A DNA stretch of 64,000 nucleotides, from IMG/VR virus record IMGVR_UViG_3300032053_000007, one strand, 5' to 3'. This stretch comes from a virus. Lineage: Duplodnaviria; Heunggongvirae; Uroviricota; Caudoviricetes. Positions within the stretch are counted from its first letter, which is position 1. The number at the start of each line of letters is the position of its first letter. Below the pieces are notes generated by a model. It was not told where the DNA came from, ran no database searches, and saw nothing but the letters and a program-made list of their open reading frames with translations. Below are positions 16,166-27,189 of this stretch, in pieces. The translations under genes were made by a program, and so were the position numbers.

Positions 16166-16620
16166 AGATAGAACTTAGGATAGCCGATACAGATTTAGGG
16201 ACCGTTATAAATGTCATGTTCAAACCTAGCAAGCAATTCAAAATGAAGCTGTTTCCTTTGCCGCCAGATGAGTGGGTCGGCGAACAGAAGTGCCAAAGTT
16301 GTGGTGGTAAACCAGATTTTCTTACAGAAGATATGCGCGCAATATGTAAGAAGTGTATTTCCGTTTTAATGATTGGTCTGAATAAAAAAGAATCGGCACA
16401 ATCAACTAGCATTCCTATTACATGGGAAGTTGTTTCTCATGCACGGTTTGAATGGTCTTTAGATAGCGAGAAGTGGTACTCATTAATGGGCAGAAATATA
16501 AAAGTTGATAGAGTAGATTTGTTTCTAAAAGAGTTGAAGAAAAGTATTATCGAGAAACATCCGATGAGTGTTGAAGCGGATTACGAGAAAGAAATAAAGA
16601 CAATGACGATTACGCTTTAA
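16162..16620 (+). CDS. Hypothetical zinc-ribbon protein
   Basis: CQSC...CKKC. Confidence 0.6.
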   Translation: MKIELRIADTDLGTVINVMFKPSKQFKMKLFPLPPDEWVGEQKCQSCGGKPDFLTEDMRAICKKCISVLMIGLNKKESAQSTSIPITWEVVSHARFEWSLDSEKWYSLMGRNIKVDRVDLFLKELKKSIIEKHPMSVEADYEKEIKTMTITL

Positions 16621-17099
16621 GTTCCTACATATAATGCTCTATAGTTATGCACTACACCATCATTTATGGTGTATTTAACGAAGATGTATTTTCCATTTGG
16701 GCTTATAGCTACTGTTCTCATTGCATCATGAAATGTTATATTTGCAAACGCAACACCATCTTTTAAAACAATGATGTGACCTGTATCCTCATCAATATAA
16801 ACGATGTATTTTCCAATAAGAGAAGAGGGGGTATTCCCATAATCTTGATAAGCATAACTTCTTATTTGTGAAACAGTAGCACCAGTAGTAAGATTTATTG
16901 TCCAAATATAAGCATATTCGTCTATATATACCAAAATATTATTGCTGTCATTGGTTATTTGAATGCCAACATCAACAACATTAGCCTCATTCCCATTATC
17001 GGATGAATATTCTAAATCCCATGCAAGAGTCCAAGTAGTATAATTTCCTTCTAGTGCCGCTCTTATTCGAGCATCGTATAGGTCTTCGCAATCTGTCAT
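16617..17099 (-). CDS. Putative virion protein, beta-rich (propeller-blade-like)
   Basis: VAISPNGKYI blade-like motif; last gene of tail operon. Confidence 0.6.
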   Translation of the reverse strand: MTDCEDLYDARIRAALEGNYTTWTLAWDLEYSSDNGNEANVVDVGIQITNDSNNILVYIDEYAYIWTINLTTGATVSQIRSYAYQDYGNTPSSLIGKYIVYIDEDTGHIIVLKDGVAFANITFHDAMRTVAISPNGKYIFVKYTINDGVVHNYRALYVGT

Positions 17100-17692
17100 T
17101 TGGTATCCCCACTATTATAGTGTTGTTCTTCCTTATAAATGTTTCGGTGAAGAGTTTGTCCTTTTAGATGTATAGCTTCCATAGGGAGAGTTTCGACCTT
17201 CAACTCCTTCTTCATCAATTTGTCCCACATATGATTGCATTCGCACATAGACGGTTGTTTGGTGGTAAGTCTCCAATCATAAAGTTCTTTAAGTTGTTCT
17301 GTTCTCCAAACACTATTTCCAAAACCGAGATGATGGTTGTTGTTAAATGGTTCGGCATATTCAGCAGTAACCGCTCCAACTTCTGGGCGCGCTTCTAATA
17401 TTGCTATAGCCTGTTCTATATATCCTTTTGGAAGAACAGTATCAACATCAAGATTAAGAACATATTTGGTTTTGACGAATTCCAATCCGAATCGCCGAGC
17501 GAACCAGAAAGAAGTATTCTGAGTGAAATATTGTATGTTCATATTTCCCTGTTGGTTTAAGAACAAAAATTTGTCCCCACCTTTTTTATCTACAATTATG
17601 ATGGGGTGTTTGACTAAGATTTCATAGTTTTCTTGAATAGAACGTTCTATTATTTTGTCTTCTTCATAACAGGGAATCAATATTGTTATCAT
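17096..17692 (-). CDS. Glycosyltransferase family 2
   Basis: ITILIPCYEE, IIIVD, VLNLDVDT (DxD). Confidence 0.85.
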   Translation of the reverse strand: MITILIPCYEEDKIIERSIQENYEILVKHPIIIVDKKGGDKFLFLNQQGNMNIQYFTQNTSFWFARRFGLEFVKTKYVLNLDVDTVLPKGYIEQAIAILEARPEVGAVTAEYAEPFNNNHHLGFGNSVWRTEQLKELYDWRLTTKQPSMCECNHMWDKLMKKELKVETLPMEAIHLKGQTLHRNIYKEEQHYNSGDTK

Positions 17693-20600
17693 GTGTAGTT
17701 CGCCGTTACCGTAAAGCTATCTGATACCCAGAAGGTTGTGTTAGCATTATTGACATCGGCTATATGTATTCCACCTGTAAAGGACCAATGGCTAAACGTT
17801 CCGCCATTACCGTTTGCTCTCCATTGTAATGGTATAGGAGAGCTAAAGAAATAAGCATCATAAGGACCGTCTGGTAGATTAACCCAGTAAGGAGTAAAGT
17901 AGATATTATATTGTCCTTGATTGGGGTCTAATAGATGATTAGTAATGAATTCCCATACTACATTATGGAATACGGCGGTTAATGTTCCATTAGCTGTAAT
18001 ATGCATAATTGTTGAGGCATCATAAATATCATCTACAGTCACTCCACCAGTTGATTCCCAATGGTCAAAAAGATGGGCGTTATCGCCTGAACCAACACTT
18101 ACAGAAGTTGTCCAATCTCCAAAGAATTCATAAAGTGTATCTGGGAGAATATATTCAACTCCATTGATTATCATTATTGGTGGGTTACATGGGCTATCAT
18201 AACCGCTATAATCTAGGTCCACACTATAATCCACTAAGTCTTCATATATTGCTCTTATCCAAGCTATTGTTCCGCTGTTCATTTTGAAAGTCGTAGAAGC
18301 TGAGTTCACGTTTGTTATTGCGATGTCTCCACAAATTACTTCCCAATGGTCAAACGTGAAGTCTGGGTGAGCGAGGTCTGTTACCCAAATTAAATCGTAA
18401 TAAGTTGGATAACCACCCAAATCAAGACCCACAACAATTGCCCCAACAAAATCTGCTGGTAATCCACCATCTTCACATTCTCCTTGAGGTATTCCATCAA
18501 TACTAATTATTCCAGCATTTATATCAGTTAGTATTGGGCTATACACCAGACTTACATCATCTATCCAGAAGTCTTCATATTCTGGATTTAAGATACCGAT
18601 TCCTATATACTCTATGCTTTCCCAACTTGGTCCCGTAGCCACTAATGCCGCTCTGATGTCTGCGAAGTTCCAATCATTCAAAGTAGCGGCATCAAAGTTA
18701 AGAAGGATGTGAGACTCAATTTCACCGTCCATGAAGTAGGCATATACATATAGAACCGACCATTCTTCTGTAGGATACCAGTATAGACCCCAACTATCGA
18801 TTGTAGTTCCGAGCGCAGGATATAGAAAGTCCTGTCTAATTCCGCTAATTCCACCATTTTCACTTAATTTACAAGACCAATCCCCAGAATATGCTCTGGT
18901 ATCATCAAGTTCTCCCATCGTTCCAATTGTCCACGGCACATAAGAAGGTGCATCTTCAAATCCGCCATTTCTCATCGCCTCATTTGCATTAGCTGTCATT
19001 GCTGAGTCTAAAGCAATAACAACACAAGTAGCTATTGGTGTTGGATAGTGGAACACCGCCTGAATTGTGCAATCTCCATATATAAGAACTGTAAGAATGT
19101 GTTCTCCACCAATTCCATTTGGAGTGTCTCCCCTTGTATCCATTTTGAGTATGTCGCCTGTTATTACCCACCCATCCCATATTGAGCCAGCGGGTTGGAA
19201 GAAGTAGAAGATGTGAACTCCAACAGTACATGAGTTAGAATTGCCATAATCACCACTATATGACCACGGGAGAGAAGAATGTTCTGCATTCGGGTTGTTA
19301 CCCACGGTTATTTCATCAAGATACATATCTCCGTCATTATATGAACTACTAATACTCACAGTTGCCGTTCTACTTTCTATTTCGCTGTTATTAGCTTTAA
19401 GGGCGATTGAGACTTTCCACGGTTTTATCCAGTTATTAGGGTCCCATTGAGCCTCAACTGAAGTAACCCAAGCACCAATTGATTCTGCATTAAGAGACAC
19501 ATCATCAATTGCTATTCCAGCAGATGGCAAAAAGAATGAGACATATAGCAAATTACCAGTTACATCATTAGCTATCATAAGAGCCTTCAAATCAATTTCT
19601 GTCCAAATCCCGCTCGTATTTCCAATAATAGGTAAAGTTAAGAAAGTGTCGTCTGTTGTTACGAAATCAATTTCGGCAAGTGGAACAGTAGATGTAGTTC
19701 TTATCCACATTTTAAATGATTTTATCGCATCAACAGGAACGGGGTTAGCTAAAGTTTGCCCAATATCAATCATATCATATGCGTCATTAGCACAGCAATA
19801 TGTTCCAGAATGAGGATTAGTAGATGTAACTGAGAAATTAGCTTTGTAGTCCCATCCCGTCATCCACATTATGTTTTCGAAGCCGCCATTGACTATTTGT
19901 TCGCCGCCGCCTATACCAGCCTTTGAGAAGAGATTGTGAATATAATCTTCATACGCTAGTTTGGAATGACTTTGTAGAAGTAAGTCCATATGATATTTCT
20001 CGGCGTTAGTCATTCTGCATGTATATGAAGTATCGAGAACACATTCGTTCCAGATGTAACTATCAACTTCCGCGAGTTGGTTAATCCATTTTGGAATCAT
20101 AGGTGGATGCGAATCATCGCGCGAGAAATCTAATACATGGTTTAGTCTTTCGTTACCTATTTTTACAGCTTTCGCAATATTGTCCAAATAGGCACTATTG
20201 TATATTTTCCAGTTAGAATCCTCTAAATATGTTGTATAACCACGATAGTCTGATATTTCCCAAGTTGGTAACGTAGAACTACTTCCTGAGAATTCTTGGA
20301 CATCACATGTTAATGTTACAATCCACCAACGAACATATCGATTGTGTTGATATTCATATATGAATTTGTAGCTTTTATCGGTTATCCATACAAGATAGTG
20401 CCATATATATTTGGAATTGTCGTAAATGAGGTAAAAGTCTAAGTAATTATTTATCGCGGTGGTTAATCTCGATGGCAAAGTTGACGGGTAATTGTAGATT
20501 GATTCAAACAAATCTTTTTCTCTATCCGACAGTCGTATTTTACACTCTATTGTTCTAGGTTTAAGAACCCAAGTGTCTGAATCGAGATATTCAGATTCAG

Positions 20601-21750
20601 CTAGAGGAATAGGTCTAATAGCTGGCTTACAACTTTGGTTTTCTTTCCAACTTATAGGTCTAGCCCACAACGTATAAATTCCATTAGTTATCTGCAAAGT
20701 TTCAGGCACGTCTGGTACTGGTGTTGGCGGAATTATTGTTTGTAGTATAACATCTATAGTTGTAGTTGTTGTTACTCCCAATTTCTTGAACATAACATCT
20801 ATTGAGTCAGTTTTAGTAACACCAAGTTTTTTGAGCAAGACATCTATCGGGTTAGTAACAGTTAGTCCTAACTTCTTGAACAAAATATCTACTTCATCCG
20901 TCTTTGTCAGTCCTAACTTCTTGAACAAAATATCTACTTCATCCGTCTTTGTCAGTCCTAATTTTTGTAATAAAACATCTATTTCGTATTCATAATATGG
21001 GTGTGCATCACTCCATAAACGCATGTCAATAGAAGATGACGTAGTTACTCCTAATTTCTTGAATAGCACATCAATTGAATCGGTTTTGGTTATCCCTAAC
21101 TTCTTGAAGAGAACGTCTATATCGTCTGTGCTAGATACTCTTGACGTAATAAGAACGTCTATAAAATGTGGTTTTGTTAATCCTAATTTTTTGAATAAGA
21201 CATCTATTGAATCTGTTTTTGTTACACCTAGTTTCTCAAATATAACATCTATTGAATTTGTTTTTGTTGATAGTGGAAAATCATCCCATATTATAGTATA
21301 GTTTTCTCCATCATCTACTGTTAGGTAATCAAGTCTCCATACAGCACTTGTCTCTACATCTGTATTTCCTATGACTACGCTTCTTATATGATTCCATCCT
21401 GTAGGAGTACCAAATGTAGAAAAGGCTGACCTTAATATGTGGAAATATTGCCATCCAGTAAAATTATCGATAAATGTGCGAGTATATCCATCGCTGTAAT
21501 CATCATAAACTTCATTGATAAAGTCAATGTACATATTTTGACCAGTATTAGCACCATACCACCAGAACGATATGTAGGCATATCCTGTGAAGTCTTGGTC
21601 GCCAGCATAGTCATGGTAGATAGTCATGCTATGTGTATCATCATCAATAAAAGTCATCTTAAGGCTATTATTTCCATGTTGCTTTTCAACCGAGTCAACA
21701 GATAGAGTAAGAACGCCGCCAATACTACCATTTATCCAGAAATCAGTCAT
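17689..21750 (-). CDS. Large tail/receptor-binding protein with 15-aa repeats and carbohydrate-binding-like modules
   Basis: 1353 aa; (K)TDSIDVLFKKLG(V/L)T repeats, two NGGFE jelly-roll starts, F.HW repeat domains. Confidence 0.7.
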   Translation of the reverse strand: MTDFWINGSIGGVLTLSVDSVEKQHGNNSLKMTFIDDDTHSMTIYHDYAGDQDFTGYAYISFWWYGANTGQNMYIDFINEVYDDYSDGYTRTFIDNFTGWQYFHILRSAFSTFGTPTGWNHIRSVVIGNTDVETSAVWRLDYLTVDDGENYTIIWDDFPLSTKTNSIDVIFEKLGVTKTDSIDVLFKKLGLTKPHFIDVLITSRVSSTDDIDVLFKKLGITKTDSIDVLFKKLGVTTSSSIDMRLWSDAHPYYEYEIDVLLQKLGLTKTDEVDILFKKLGLTKTDEVDILFKKLGLTVTNPIDVLLKKLGVTKTDSIDVMFKKLGVTTTTTIDVILQTIIPPTPVPDVPETLQITNGIYTLWARPISWKENQSCKPAIRPIPLAESEYLDSDTWVLKPRTIECKIRLSDREKDLFESIYNYPSTLPSRLTTAINNYLDFYLIYDNSKYIWHYLVWITDKSYKFIYEYQHNRYVRWWIVTLTCDVQEFSGSSSTLPTWEISDYRGYTTYLEDSNWKIYNSAYLDNIAKAVKIGNERLNHVLDFSRDDSHPPMIPKWINQLAEVDSYIWNECVLDTSYTCRMTNAEKYHMDLLLQSHSKLAYEDYIHNLFSKAGIGGGEQIVNGGFENIMWMTGWDYKANFSVTSTNPHSGTYCCANDAYDMIDIGQTLANPVPVDAIKSFKMWIRTTSTVPLAEIDFVTTDDTFLTLPIIGNTSGIWTEIDLKALMIANDVTGNLLYVSFFLPSAGIAIDDVSLNAESIGAWVTSVEAQWDPNNWIKPWKVSIALKANNSEIESRTATVSISSSYNDGDMYLDEITVGNNPNAEHSSLPWSYSGDYGNSNSCTVGVHIFYFFQPAGSIWDGWVITGDILKMDTRGDTPNGIGGEHILTVLIYGDCTIQAVFHYPTPIATCVVIALDSAMTANANEAMRNGGFEDAPSYVPWTIGTMGELDDTRAYSGDWSCKLSENGGISGIRQDFLYPALGTTIDSWGLYWYPTEEWSVLYVYAYFMDGEIESHILLNFDAATLNDWNFADIRAALVATGPSWESIEYIGIGILNPEYEDFWIDDVSLVYSPILTDINAGIISIDGIPQGECEDGGLPADFVGAIVVGLDLGGYPTYYDLIWVTDLAHPDFTFDHWEVICGDIAITNVNSASTTFKMNSGTIAWIRAIYEDLVDYSVDLDYSGYDSPCNPPIMIINGVEYILPDTLYEFFGDWTTSVSVGSGDNAHLFDHWESTGGVTVDDIYDASTIMHITANGTLTAVFHNVVWEFITNHLLDPNQGQYNIYFTPYWVNLPDGPYDAYFFSSPIPLQWRANGNGGTFSHWSFTGGIHIADVNNANTTFWVSDSFTVTANYT
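20864..20961. repeat. Exact 45-bp tandem repeat (2 copies plus 8 nt) in a degenerate 45-bp array
   Basis: AGTCCTAACTTCTTGAACAAAATATCTACTTCATCCGTCTTTGTC x2; encodes the 15-aa repeat. Confidence 0.9.
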
Positions 21751-24700
21751 TATGGCATCACCTTTCTTTCACATTTCAAATTGAAAAAGTGCATAATACA
21801 TCGTGTGTGAGCACTTGTTCCATCTCCATAAGCATGAACATATATTGGTCTAACACTAACATCCTCTATCTTTATGAAAACGGCACTTATTGGGGTGTCC
21901 CAATTTTCTGTTTCATTATACACATTAAATGTGACGGAACTTATTGGTTCTGAAAAATCCGTAATGATTTCAACTTTATATTTAGTAAAGTAATTATCAG
22001 GGACGGGTGCATAGTCATCTCTTCTTGAGCGAGTAAGACTACACATTTTTCTCGTTATTTCTGTAGTATTTGCATCTGCTGGATGCTTTACATTATAAAC
22101 AGCATATAAGACAAAATTGCCACTTTCTTTCACTATTCTAAATTTGAACCCGTTTGTAGTTTCACAATTGAAAATCCCAAACTCAGCATAATCACCATCT
22201 ACCCAATTGGACCAACTTGCAGAAGATTGAACACTATCTGGTTCCCAAATTGTGAATTCACAAGTAAACTTTGGTTCTTGGCTCATTGAAATATCTACTG
22301 GTAGAGCAACCGTTCCATCTGGGCTTCCAGCAATAGGAGCAAATCTAGCTTCAACTTCTATTTCGCCTATTCCAAGCGTTCCACCGTAAATTACTAGATT
22401 TTGGTTTTCCGCATCCCAATCAGCACTAAAAAGGGGAGAAGGAGTTTCCCACCATTTTGTGCTAGTTTTACCATCTTTATCTTCAGCAATAGTTTCTTCA
22501 TTCTTTCCAGTTACATCAAAGAGAGAAGTTAATTTTTCTACTGCTATTTTCGATGATTGTGTACCCTGTCCAGCCCAATCTTGAGCTATGCCGCCGACTA
22601 TACCCACGTTCTTTAGTTCTTTCCAGATTTCCTTCCAGATGTTTTTAATGTCAAGTAATGGTGCTTGAATAGTTATAGTTGGAACTTCCCCACCATTATC
22701 AATGACTGTTTTGATATTATAAATTCTGAAACTACCATTTATATTTGTAAACAAATCCGTAACAGTTATGTCATCTCCAACATTGTAAGTATCTGTAGCG
22801 GCTGGTGTTGCATAGTCAAAACTTGTGTATCCGTCTTTCGAAATATAACAATCAATTGAGTTCTTTCCTGTTGGACTTGCATCTAATTTGAGTTTTACTT
22901 TTGCATAGCGATTTGCTAGAACTGGGTTTGAGATTTGTTTTTGTGTGACAATATCTTCTATGAAGCCATTAACTACGTCCATCGCATTTTCATCAGATGT
23001 CCAGAACGAACTAGATTTATCTTGAGATGAACCTTCTCCTTGTCCTATTACTTCACATCTCTGGTAAGTGTCTCTCGAAGATTTTTGGTATTTTACTCCA
23101 CCCATGTTTACGCCAGTTATGAAAGAGACTGTTGTATGTTTATCATATCCACGTCTGCTTCCAATGTGGAAAGTATTTGGTGTGTCATAATCTACCCACC
23201 ATTCATAAGGCATAAAGTTGGTGTCACATATTGCAATAGATAAGTCCCAGAGAACATCAAACAATCTGTTCTTTGAAATGTTCATAGGTTCCATTGGGAG
23301 AGAATATTCGAAACTTGGGTCAAGTTCAGCACCTATAGTAATATACGGACCACCAGCATAACCGTCTATAGAATCAATTGATAATGTACCATCACCAGTT
23401 CCATACAATATGTGAATTGTATCCCCAGAAACAGGAGAATAATAACAACCAACATTATTGACACGCCATTCTTTAGTATCATTATCATAAGAAACAAGTG
23501 TTCCTACCATACGAGGAACTATGGTTGGTGGGTGTTGCGCCCAAACTACTAATCCTTTATCACTTTTTATACACGAAACATAAGTGCCACCAAATGTCAA
23601 TTTCTTCTCTATTGGTTGAGTTTCACCAGCATCAAGAGTTACCCGATATTTTATGGGGTCTGTTTTGTATATATAGATTTGGGTGATTTCCCATCCGTGG
23701 TCGGGGTCATCTGCTGTAATTACAATTTTGAGGTTGCTCATTACTTGTGGTTTCCAACTATGAATTATATCTTTATAGGTATTGTTTACCACATTGACAA
23801 GTGTAACGTCTGAACCATATCCAGAATAAACGAACCCATCACTATGAGTCGCACATTTACTTTCTATATTTGTCAAATCCAGATAAACGTCTTGACCATT
23901 TCCGTTGTATGTACCATATTCTACTTCAAATTCATATCTATCAATTGGACCGTAATTTATGTTATTTAGTCCCGTGCGTTCACAAAGCCATACTTCACTT
24001 CCACTTGTAATGTCATAAAGTTTGAAATAGCCAGTATAGCCACCAGTTGGGTCTCTTTTAGCATAGAGTCTAAGATGATACCAAGTATCATATGCGGCTT
24101 CTCCTATTGAGTAGGCTGAATCCCACGTTCCAGTATCAGTAAATCCATCCACCTTCCATCTCCATTTATTTTGGTTGACTATGGAAGGAACAACTGAAAC
24201 ACCAGCAAGCCAATCATTATCAGGATTTGGACCGACAGCCATTGCATTGTTGTAAAGTTTCATTAGGTTGATTGTGCCCATATAACCTGTTCCTTCCATG
24301 TGAAGTTTAATATATCCAATTTCGATTGAACAATTTGTGTTGCTACCATAAGTCTGAAGAATATCAATTCGAACTTTTGCAAATTGCCAATCTTCGAGAG
24401 TTGTAAGATATGGGCTTATGTCTATATCAGTATCACCGCCGTATTTCATTCTTTGCCAACTTGTATCAGTAAAGTGGTCAGAAACAAAAACGGTCATCCA
24501 TGCTGATGGATTACTTTCTGGCAATCCACTATGTTTTTGATAGACACGAACAGCAAATGTTACCCAATCTAAATGTCCAGAACCAGTATCATGAATTCTT
24601 GCATCAATTGATATGTATGAATTACTATTAGGCGCAAATGAGCCATATTTGGAATTTGGTTGGTAAAAATTCCATTCGCCATCCAAATAAGCTGGCGTAG

Positions 24701-27188
24701 GAATACTGCCAGCGGCAAAAACATGGTTGTTATCCATGTCACTATTATATTTAACATATGGAGTTGTCCCAATTGTACCCCAATGATATGGTTCAGCAAT
24801 CCACGCATAATAGGTGTTAACTAACAAATCGGTATTTATACCTTCTGAAGTTGGTGCTGGAACACGAACCCAAGCATCAACTTTTGTTTCATCTGTAGGA
24901 AAAAGGTCTTGTTCAAAATAATATCCTTGTCCATTTGCATTTCCGTGAATTTTTTGGCTTCCTATGTTTGGAGTAAACGGGGCTTTAATTGTTATCTCAT
25001 CTGAACGAGTTGCCGCTCCACCACCAGTTGCACCACTTCTTGACCAACCAGATGAACCAATAATCAATGAGAAATCGTCAACTAAAAAGAAGAAAGAACC
25101 AACCGAAAGAATTTTGAAGTTTTTTAAAGATTTACCATTTGTGACATAAGGTAAAAGGTCCATATAGTGCCAACTATTATCTACACATGTTTCGAAATGA
25201 GCCGAGTAAATTGCATCTGTGTAATACAAGTAACAGCGGAATTCTTTGCCATTTATGCCTCTATACCAAAATCCAAATGTTTCTATGCTACTTTTTGTTA
25301 TTGTTGGTGAAAAATCAGCCGCTTGACCTAAAAGCGCGTTAGTAAGAGACATGTCCAAACAGTATGTACCGCTGTGTTTGTCCGTGTTAACAACATATCC
25401 ATTTTCGTTATCCCATCCAGTATCATCACCTGTTTCAAATCCACCATTTACTATTTTTTCTCCACCACTACCAGAGTAGTAATCCATAGTATTTAGAAAT
25501 ACTTCTGCCCATTCAAGACCATTATACGTTATTGCTTGGTAACGATATTGGAACGGTTCATCTGAAGTAAATGTTTCATCCATAATAGGAGTACCTGCCA
25601 TATCTGAATTATCCCATATTCTATATCTTAATGTTGTATCAACCCTTTCTACTTTTGCAAAATATCGGGTGTTATTATCAATATCGCAATATGTTTTATA
25701 TACCAGACCACTAGAATCTTGAAGTGCAACACGAACAGATAATTGCCCAAAATCGTATTTAACTTCTAATGCTGTAAAGTAATGTGACGGGTCTTCAAGA
25801 AGAGAAGAATATCCCTCAATATTATTGGCAAGACACCACGGAATAAAAGCATGTGGAGAATTTTCTGATGTATCTATCTCAAATGAGAATGATTCATCAA
25901 AATCTGTAATCTCGCCTGAACCATAATCTTTATAGAAATATGCTAATTCATTTTGATAGGAATTAAAAGCGAGAGTTTTCTTATCTGATGATAGTGAGAG
26001 ATGACTATTAGGGTCAACTTCCGTATAACCAGTAAAAGGCTCTTCTGCACCACGACACGTTATTTTATAGTTTCGTGGATACATTTCAGCGGAATTTCTC
26101 GATTCAACATATATACCCATTATTTCTTCTTCGTTAAATGCTACTTCTACAAACTCGTTTGTTGTTTGTGACCCCTCACCTACATATCCTATATCGAGAG
26201 CCGCATATGTAATGCTTGTTCCTAAACTTCCCTTCTCAACAAATTTTACTTTTGCCGCGTTAACATCTGAAATTGTTTTGAGAATATAAAAGAGGTCAAA
26301 CTCTATTTCTCTCCACGGATTATTCCACGGTGGGTCGCGCCCGCCAAAATCACCAATATATTGCCAATTCTGTAAAGATTCAACCCAGATATAAACCCAA
26401 CAATCTGAGTTTATCCAAGTCCAATATGTTGTATCTGGTCTATAGTAAATTACCAATTTACAACCATAGATTGAAGCGGCATCTTCCGTTAGACCCAAAT
26501 TTTCAAAAGAAAATTCAGCATATTCATCTACACCAGAAGAATGAATGTAATTAGTATCATCATAAGTGTTAAGATATGGTGTAGTACCAAAAGTTTCCCA
26601 ATTAGTACCAATAACAGCGTCAACTTTTTTAGTAACTACTGAATATGGGTCCCCAGTATTTCGCCAACCCAGACCTCTCTTTCGTAAAGTAGTCCAATTA
26701 ATGTCTCCATATGCAGTTTTGTCTGCTATAAGACTATTAATTTTGGAAGTGTCAATTCCCCAACCTTCTTTATTATGGGGATAAATAACAGTTCCATTAG
26801 CGTCAATTGGAAGGTCCGAGCGCGGGGTTCTAAGTAAGAATTTTATTAGTTCACTTGCACTAACATTTCCAAAAAATCCACCCGTTCCTTCAATCATGTT
26901 AGCAAAGTTTTCTACATATTTTCGCCAAATAAGAAGAGTAATATCTCGCCCACCTATATTTAGGTAACGTCCACTTTCATCCCAAGCAATTTCCATATCC
27001 TCAATAAAACCTTTCCACTCTGTTTTGCCATCACGTTGAATTATAACTTCATTATTAAAAGTGACATCGCTTCCATATTCGATTGTTGCTGTAAACTCTG
27101 GCGGAGAGTCCATTCTAACCTTTCTATTTATTTCAACAGTTTGGTATTTGCGGTCAATTCCGCCTACAGATATTGTCCACGCTGGCAA
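21750..27188 (-). CDS. Large tail tip/baseplate hub-like protein with inserted beta domains
   Basis: 1812 aa; hub-like N-terminus (VIIQRDG..WKGFIED..IGGRD) and C-terminal part; NGGFE module. Confidence 0.7.
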   Translation of the reverse strand: MPAWTISVGGIDRKYQTVEINRKVRMDSPPEFTATIEYGSDVTFNNEVIIQRDGKTEWKGFIEDMEIAWDESGRYLNIGGRDITLLIWRKYVENFANMIEGTGGFFGNVSASELIKFLLRTPRSDLPIDANGTVIYPHNKEGWGIDTSKINSLIADKTAYGDINWTTLRKRGLGWRNTGDPYSVVTKKVDAVIGTNWETFGTTPYLNTYDDTNYIHSSGVDEYAEFSFENLGLTEDAASIYGCKLVIYYRPDTTYWTWINSDCWVYIWVESLQNWQYIGDFGGRDPPWNNPWREIEFDLFYILKTISDVNAAKVKFVEKGSLGTSITYAALDIGYVGEGSQTTNEFVEVAFNEEEIMGIYVESRNSAEMYPRNYKITCRGAEEPFTGYTEVDPNSHLSLSSDKKTLAFNSYQNELAYFYKDYGSGEITDFDESFSFEIDTSENSPHAFIPWCLANNIEGYSSLLEDPSHYFTALEVKYDFGQLSVRVALQDSSGLVYKTYCDIDNNTRYFAKVERVDTTLRYRIWDNSDMAGTPIMDETFTSDEPFQYRYQAITYNGLEWAEVFLNTMDYYSGSGGEKIVNGGFETGDDTGWDNENGYVVNTDKHSGTYCLDMSLTNALLGQAADFSPTITKSSIETFGFWYRGINGKEFRCYLYYTDAIYSAHFETCVDNSWHYMDLLPYVTNGKSLKNFKILSVGSFFFLVDDFSLIIGSSGWSRSGATGGGAATRSDEITIKAPFTPNIGSQKIHGNANGQGYYFEQDLFPTDETKVDAWVRVPAPTSEGINTDLLVNTYYAWIAEPYHWGTIGTTPYVKYNSDMDNNHVFAAGSIPTPAYLDGEWNFYQPNSKYGSFAPNSNSYISIDARIHDTGSGHLDWVTFAVRVYQKHSGLPESNPSAWMTVFVSDHFTDTSWQRMKYGGDTDIDISPYLTTLEDWQFAKVRIDILQTYGSNTNCSIEIGYIKLHMEGTGYMGTINLMKLYNNAMAVGPNPDNDWLAGVSVVPSIVNQNKWRWKVDGFTDTGTWDSAYSIGEAAYDTWYHLRLYAKRDPTGGYTGYFKLYDITSGSEVWLCERTGLNNINYGPIDRYEFEVEYGTYNGNGQDVYLDLTNIESKCATHSDGFVYSGYGSDVTLVNVVNNTYKDIIHSWKPQVMSNLKIVITADDPDHGWEITQIYIYKTDPIKYRVTLDAGETQPIEKKLTFGGTYVSCIKSDKGLVVWAQHPPTIVPRMVGTLVSYDNDTKEWRVNNVGCYYSPVSGDTIHILYGTGDGTLSIDSIDGYAGGPYITIGAELDPSFEYSLPMEPMNISKNRLFDVLWDLSIAICDTNFMPYEWWVDYDTPNTFHIGSRRGYDKHTTVSFITGVNMGGVKYQKSSRDTYQRCEVIGQGEGSSQDKSSSFWTSDENAMDVVNGFIEDIVTQKQISNPVLANRYAKVKLKLDASPTGKNSIDCYISKDGYTSFDYATPAATDTYNVGDDITVTDLFTNINGSFRIYNIKTVIDNGGEVPTITIQAPLLDIKNIWKEIWKELKNVGIVGGIAQDWAGQGTQSSKIAVEKLTSLFDVTGKNEETIAEDKDGKTSTKWWETPSPLFSADWDAENQNLVIYGGTLGIGEIEVEARFAPIAGSPDGTVALPVDISMSQEPKFTCEFTIWEPDSVQSSASWSNWVDGDYAEFGIFNCETTNGFKFRIVKESGNFVLYAVYNVKHPADANTTEITRKMCSLTRSRRDDYAPVPDNYFTKYKVEIITDFSEPISSVTFNVYNETENWDTPISAVFIKIEDVSVRPIYVHAYGDGTSAHTRCIMHFFNLKCERKVMP

Positions 27189-27189
27189 A

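Noticed and set aside
20750-21300. CRISPR array
   Set aside because: 45-bp units are contiguous, degenerate at third positions and protein-coding, with no spacers; no repeat-spacer array seen anywhere in the window
17689-27188. Diversity-generating retroelement acting on tail proteins
   Set aside because: No reverse transcriptase and no template/variable repeat pair with adenine-specific differences noticed in the window
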